Below, one piece after another: positions 25,378 to 28,949 of a DNA stretch of 28,949 nucleotides. Positions within the stretch are counted from its first letter, which is position 1; every line of letters starts with the position of its first letter. Below the pieces are notes generated by a model. That model searched no databases, was not told where the DNA came from, and worked only from the letters and a program-made list of their open reading frames with translations. Origin of the DNA: a virus (lineage: Duplodnaviria > Heunggongvirae > Uroviricota > Caudoviricetes); the IMG/VR virus record IMGVR_UViG_3300029582_000367, positions 1 through 28,949 of that record, one strand, 5' to 3'. Both the position numbers and the translations under genes were made by a program.

Positions 25378-26111
25378 GACACCTCCGCAAGTGCGTCCAT
25401 CTCACCGAAGAACTCATCCATGTGAAAGACATCACCGATGGTATGCTGGCTCTGGTGAGCATAGGAGCAGTCACAGGTGTTCAGAAGGTTGCCATCCACC
25501 GTGAGGCAGATGTTTCCCTCATTTACCATCATGCTGCCATCCGGCCACTTCTCGACCACAATACGCTCATTGCCCAGCTCACGCTTCGGATAATCTGTCT
25601 CAAACAGGTCTTCTGCGCGTCCCTCGTTTATGAGGTTGACTCTGTCCCAATCAGTGCGCTTGTCCTCTTCACGGAAGTAGGAGAGACCCTTCAGCAGCAT
25701 GATATTCTCGTTGGGAATATCCTCATGGAATTGGTCGTCGGAAAGAGCAAGACCGCAGATTTCTATGTCCTCCTGTTTGGCGCAGTAGCTATACCACCGC
25801 AGGGAAGCAACAGCCAACTCTTCTACGTTCTCCTTACCGTTTGTGACGATATAGAAGCCATTCACAGGGATGTCATACTTCAGGCACAGCTCACGGAACT
25901 GGTCGATGGCGCGGCAGTTGAGAGACGGTTCGCCTCCGGTAAATGTCACGACACCGATGCCGTCCACATGGCGCAGCAATGCGTCCATGACCTCGTAGGA
26001 GATGTCCTTGTTCTCCGCCTCGCCTCGCAGACAGTGAGCGCAGTGCATATTGCACCGACGAGTGACTTCAACAGCAAGTGAGTCGAAAAAAACATAATTG
26101 CCAGTTTTCAT
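25374..26111 (-). CDS. Radical SAM enzyme
   Basis: EVTRRCNMHCAHC (CxxxCxxC), TGGEP, VTNG; AAAGGAG before ATG 26111. Confidence 0.9.
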   Translation of the reverse strand: MKTGNYVFFDSLAVEVTRRCNMHCAHCLRGEAENKDISYEVMDALLRHVDGIGVVTFTGGEPSLNCRAIDQFRELCLKYDIPVNGFYIVTNGKENVEELAVASLRWYSYCAKQEDIEICGLALSDDQFHEDIPNENIMLLKGLSYFREEDKRTDWDRVNLINEGRAEDLFETDYPKRELGNERIVVEKWPDGSMMVNEGNICLTVDGNLLNTCDCSYAHQSQHTIGDVFHMDEFFGEMDALAEVS

Positions 26112-26141
26112 AGCAGTTCTCCTTTCATGTATTTCAATAAC

Positions 26142-26176
26142 AAAAAAAGGAGAGAGCCTCATAGACTCTCTCCTTT
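26142..26176 (-). terminator. Intrinsic terminator
   Basis: AAAGGAGAGAGTC-TATGA-GGCTCTCTCCTTTTTTT. Confidence 0.85.
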
Positions 26177-26189
26177 CAAAATGGGGGGC

Positions 26190-26462
26190 TTAGTCGGCCT
26201 GACAGTCGCAGGAAATGAGCTGACCACCACACTTGGGGCAGCGTTCGCAGTCGCAGCCGGGGTGGTGATACCCACCAACCATAGCGCCGCAATCGCCGCA
26301 GCGAAAGTTCGGGTCGTTCAGTCCTTCACAGCCGAAGTAGAAGTCGCCCGGTGCGCCGACCTTTATCGGGTCAGCACGGGAACCATCTACGAATCGGATG
26401 GTGATTTTCCTGCAGCCCTTGGACGTCAGCATCTCACGACCGCAAAAAGCGCATTTTGCCAT
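26190..26462 (-). CDS. Cys/His-rich zinc-binding protein, 90 aa
   Basis: CAFC, RCGDCG...HHPGCDCERCPKCGGQLISCDC. Confidence 0.75.
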   Translation of the reverse strand: MAKCAFCGREMLTSKGCRKITIRFVDGSRADPIKVGAPGDFYFGCEGLNDPNFRCGDCGAMVGGYHHPGCDCERCPKCGGQLISCDCQAD

Positions 26463-26465
26463 TGC

Positions 26466-26906
26466 TTACTCCACCACCTTTCTGGTGACTTCAACCTCCA
26501 CGACGACGATTTTCCACGAGTGGGATACGCCGTTATGGAGAGCCCACGCCTCCAAGCCGCTGATGTCGTAGTTCGTCGTGAGAGGTTCGTCAGGGAGCTT
26601 CTCCCAGCCGAATACCATCCTCAGCTCATCGTCCATGACGTTTTGAGCCGCAAGGTAGTTGTCGAACTTCTCAACAACGATTTTGGAGCGGTACGCTCCG
26701 GTATGAGTAGTGCCGTCGGCATGGAGCGGGCAGGTGGAATGAATCAGGATGGCAGGGAAGGCCTTTTCCTTGGGGCCGGCCTTCTCCTCGGCAGCCTTAT
26801 TCTGTACTTCCAGCGCAGCAGCCACGCGCCCAACGTTCTTTACGAGGGAAGGAAAATCGCTCATAAAAAACTTGCGTCCCATGATAGTCTCATGCAATTC
26901 AGGCAT
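26466..26906 (-). CDS. Hypothetical protein, 146 aa
   Basis: AAAGGAG RBS. Confidence 0.75.
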   Translation of the reverse strand: MPELHETIMGRKFFMSDFPSLVKNVGRVAAALEVQNKAAEEKAGPKEKAFPAILIHSTCPLHADGTTHTGAYRSKIVVEKFDNYLAAQNVMDDELRMVFGWEKLPDEPLTTNYDISGLEAWALHNGVSHSWKIVVVEVEVTRKVVE

Positions 26907-26928
26907 ATTTTGAATCTCCTTTCTTTTC

Positions 26929-27306
26929 TCACGTCATCAACCTTCTGTAGCTGATGATGTCCTTGGCAGGTATACCGGATGGACACTCGGACTTGGGAAT
27001 GAGAATATAGCCTCCGTGGGAGCTATGTTCCACGGAGTCTACACACTCCCTATATCGGCCCTTGTAGCGGAATTTGACCGCATAGACATAGCCTAAGGTC
27101 TCCGTGTCCACGACGTAGTCCAGCACCTTCTGAATCAGCCTTGCGTCGTTGCGGACAGCATAGACGCCAGCACCGTCGTCCTCGCCTACAGCCATATCGC
27201 CGAAGGCAGAGGGACGGATACCAGTCTCCAAAATGGAGCCAAGTCTATCTTCCGTGGTCACATGGACGAGTTCGACCTCATCGCAGTGCGTTATGTACTT
27301 CAGCAC
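26929..27306 (-). CDS. Hypothetical protein, possible ADP-ribosyltransferase-like fold
   Basis: GTG start after GAGGAG; LVHVTTEDRLGSILETGI and GVYAV motifs. Confidence 0.55.
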   Translation of the reverse strand: MLKYITHCDEVELVHVTTEDRLGSILETGIRPSAFGDMAVGEDDGAGVYAVRNDARLIQKVLDYVVDTETLGYVYAVKFRYKGRYRECVDSVEHSSHGGYILIPKSECPSGIPAKDIISYRRLMT

Positions 27307-27310
27307 GGCG

Positions 27311-27760
27311 TCACTCCTCGCATCCGCCGCAAAAGAAGTCCTCATCCACGAAGCTGATGCCCTCGAAAGCGTGGAACACGATTTCGTTGGGAATCTGGTC
27401 GTAGAAAGCGATGCTGGCGACAGAGTCGCGCTCCTCATCAGAGAGGCGCTGGAACTCGTCACACTCGCTGTCGTAGAACAGTTTCTGCTTCAGCACGGAC
27501 AGCATATCCGGCGTGAGCTGATAGACGCTGCGGTAGCCTTCGCCATCTCTCAGAGAGTTGGCGACCTCCACCAACGGGCAGTGGTCACAGAGCATCCGAT
27601 TGGCGCCCTCATCCTTGTCCATCTGGCGACAGGCGCGGCCATAGTAGCCACAGATATCAGGTGTCAGGTCGGGGGACTTGCTATTCATGGAGCACTTTTC
27701 GTACTCCTTCTGAACTGCGTCAGTAATGAGGGGGAATACACGGCAACCGTTCTCAGACAT
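27311..27760 (-). CDS. Hypothetical protein, 149 aa
   Basis: AAAGGAG before ATG 27760. Confidence 0.75.
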   Translation of the reverse strand: MSENGCRVFPLITDAVQKEYEKCSMNSKSPDLTPDICGYYGRACRQMDKDEGANRMLCDHCPLVEVANSLRDGEGYRSVYQLTPDMLSVLKQKLFYDSECDEFQRLSDEERDSVASIAFYDQIPNEIVFHAFEGISFVDEDFFCGGCEE

Positions 27761-27786
27761 TTTCGTTTCTCCTTTCATTTTTAGGT

Positions 27787-27993
27787 TTAGCAGCTTTTTA
27801 CGCACTCCGACAAGCTGATGATAGCTTTCCGAAGCTCGTCCGTCCCCGGAACAGACCAGAGGCAGACGGCATAATAGACATTTTCCATGTCGTTGAGAGC
27901 TGCCTTCAGTTCGTCGGACTCACCGGAAGCCATGGCAGCACGATAGTGCGCCATGGCGTTCTCGATGAGCTTCTGCCTTTCGCCATTACTCAT
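27787..27993 (-). CDS. Hypothetical protein, 68 aa
   Basis: AAGGAGG RBS; overlaps the upstream stop. Confidence 0.7.
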   Translation of the reverse strand: MSNGERQKLIENAMAHYRAAMASGESDELKAALNDMENVYYAVCLWSVPGTDELRKAIISLSECVKSC

Positions 27994-28642
27994 GGGTAGC
28001 CTCCTTAGTCCCATCGTTCAGCTCGGCGGGGAGGAAGTCCATGCAGCAGCTTTCGCCGTACACAGCATCCTCCGTGTCGCGGTTGGGCATACGGTTGACC
28101 AAACTCGGCAGCATACACTTGCAGTTACCGTCGTGGTACACACAGTCGGCGCCGCCGCAGATGACAGGCTCAGTGATGACGGGCTCCTGTGCGGGAATGA
28201 CGACGGGTACGACGCTCTTCGCCTCGCACTCCAGCCATTCCTCATAGCAGGGCCACATCTCACCGCCGAAGCCACGGTCCTTCTCCCACACGTCCAGAAG
28301 CTCCTGCATACTGCCGGCATCACCGCAGTCCTCAGAATAGGCATCCAGCTCGCAGAGAAGCTCCTGCAGCGTGTGCTTGTGGTCCAGCATCCACTGGAGC
28401 TTGAAGCGCTCGTAAGCGCGGAAAGACTCCGGCGTATGGGGCTCCACAGGCTTGGAAGCAGGAACGGCAGGGGAGAGGGACTCGCCCGCAGTCCGCAGGG
28501 CTTCGTCCAGCTTCGCCTGAGCGTTACTCAGCAAAGCCTGATTCTCGACGTCGAGAACCCCGTTTTCCAGCTCATCCGTGATGATGTGGTGCAGAGCGCC
28601 GACTTCAGCAGCAGACATGATAGCAACGACGTACTTACTCAT
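27986..28642 (-). CDS. Hypothetical protein with Cys-rich C-terminus, 218 aa
   Basis: GAGGAGG RBS; overlaps both neighbours. Confidence 0.75.
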   Translation of the reverse strand: MSKYVVAIMSAAEVGALHHIITDELENGVLDVENQALLSNAQAKLDEALRTAGESLSPAVPASKPVEPHTPESFRAYERFKLQWMLDHKHTLQELLCELDAYSEDCGDAGSMQELLDVWEKDRGFGGEMWPCYEEWLECEAKSVVPVVIPAQEPVITEPVICGGADCVYHDGNCKCMLPSLVNRMPNRDTEDAVYGESCCMDFLPAELNDGTKEATHE

Positions 28643-28949
28643 TGCCCGTCACCTCCTCAGCCACGTAGCCGTACTCGAAGTCGCGGCTCTTCTGCCGGAG
28701 CTCGTTGTAGAGGCAGGAAGGCATAGGGGGCATACCCTTGAAGAAGGTAACGCCAGTCTGCCAGTCGTCCTGTGCAGCACACTCCTCAGCCTTCTCCTTG
28801 CTGGCAAAGGTGTTGTAGCCGCCCAGCTCGATTCCGACACAGCCCTCAACAGGCTTCACAGAATCGCTGCTGCCCTTGACGGGGATGTTGGCGTAACCAT
28901 CGCCAGACCACATGACACGATGCTCGACAAAGCTCTCCGTGAACAGCAC
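28635..28949 (-). CDS. Hypothetical protein, likely 5'-truncated by the window edge
   Basis: Frame open to the window end; overlaps the next gene's start. Confidence 0.6.
   Translation of the reverse strand: MLFTESFVEHRVMWSGDGYANIPVKGSSDSVKPVEGCVGIELGGYNTFASKEKAEECAAQDDWQTGVTFFKGMPPMPSCLYNELRQKSRDFEYGYVAEEVTGNE

Overview
29 kb of a large mobile element (plasmid, ICE or prophage early region), probably from a GC-rich gut Clostridia/Oscillospiraceae host. That host call is inferred from AAAGGAG RBSs, sigma-A promoters and an AbrB-like regulator. Almost all genes are on the minus strand. Recognisable products: HD hydrolase, SSB with Q/P/G/Y low-complexity arms, RecD2 helicase, YqaJ exonuclease, HAD protein, lipoprotein, SLOG protein, a RelB/DinJ-YoeB TA pair plus three apparent orphan antitoxins, an R2K-type ATP-grasp, AbrB, a radical SAM enzyme, an ART-like protein and many small hypotheticals. 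No phage structural, conjugation or transposase genes are visible. Two highlights: (1) a ~140 bp non-coding module in three copies (66 bp identical), each heading a minus-strand gene cluster, that reads as promoter + ~100 nt structured leader + intrinsic terminator; (2) an intact OgeuIscB-like IscB with omegaRNA in a 1714 bp element bounded by 21 bp terminal inverted repeats, whose empty site, guide and TAM can be reconstructed. All family calls come from motif recognition by eye; no searches were run.
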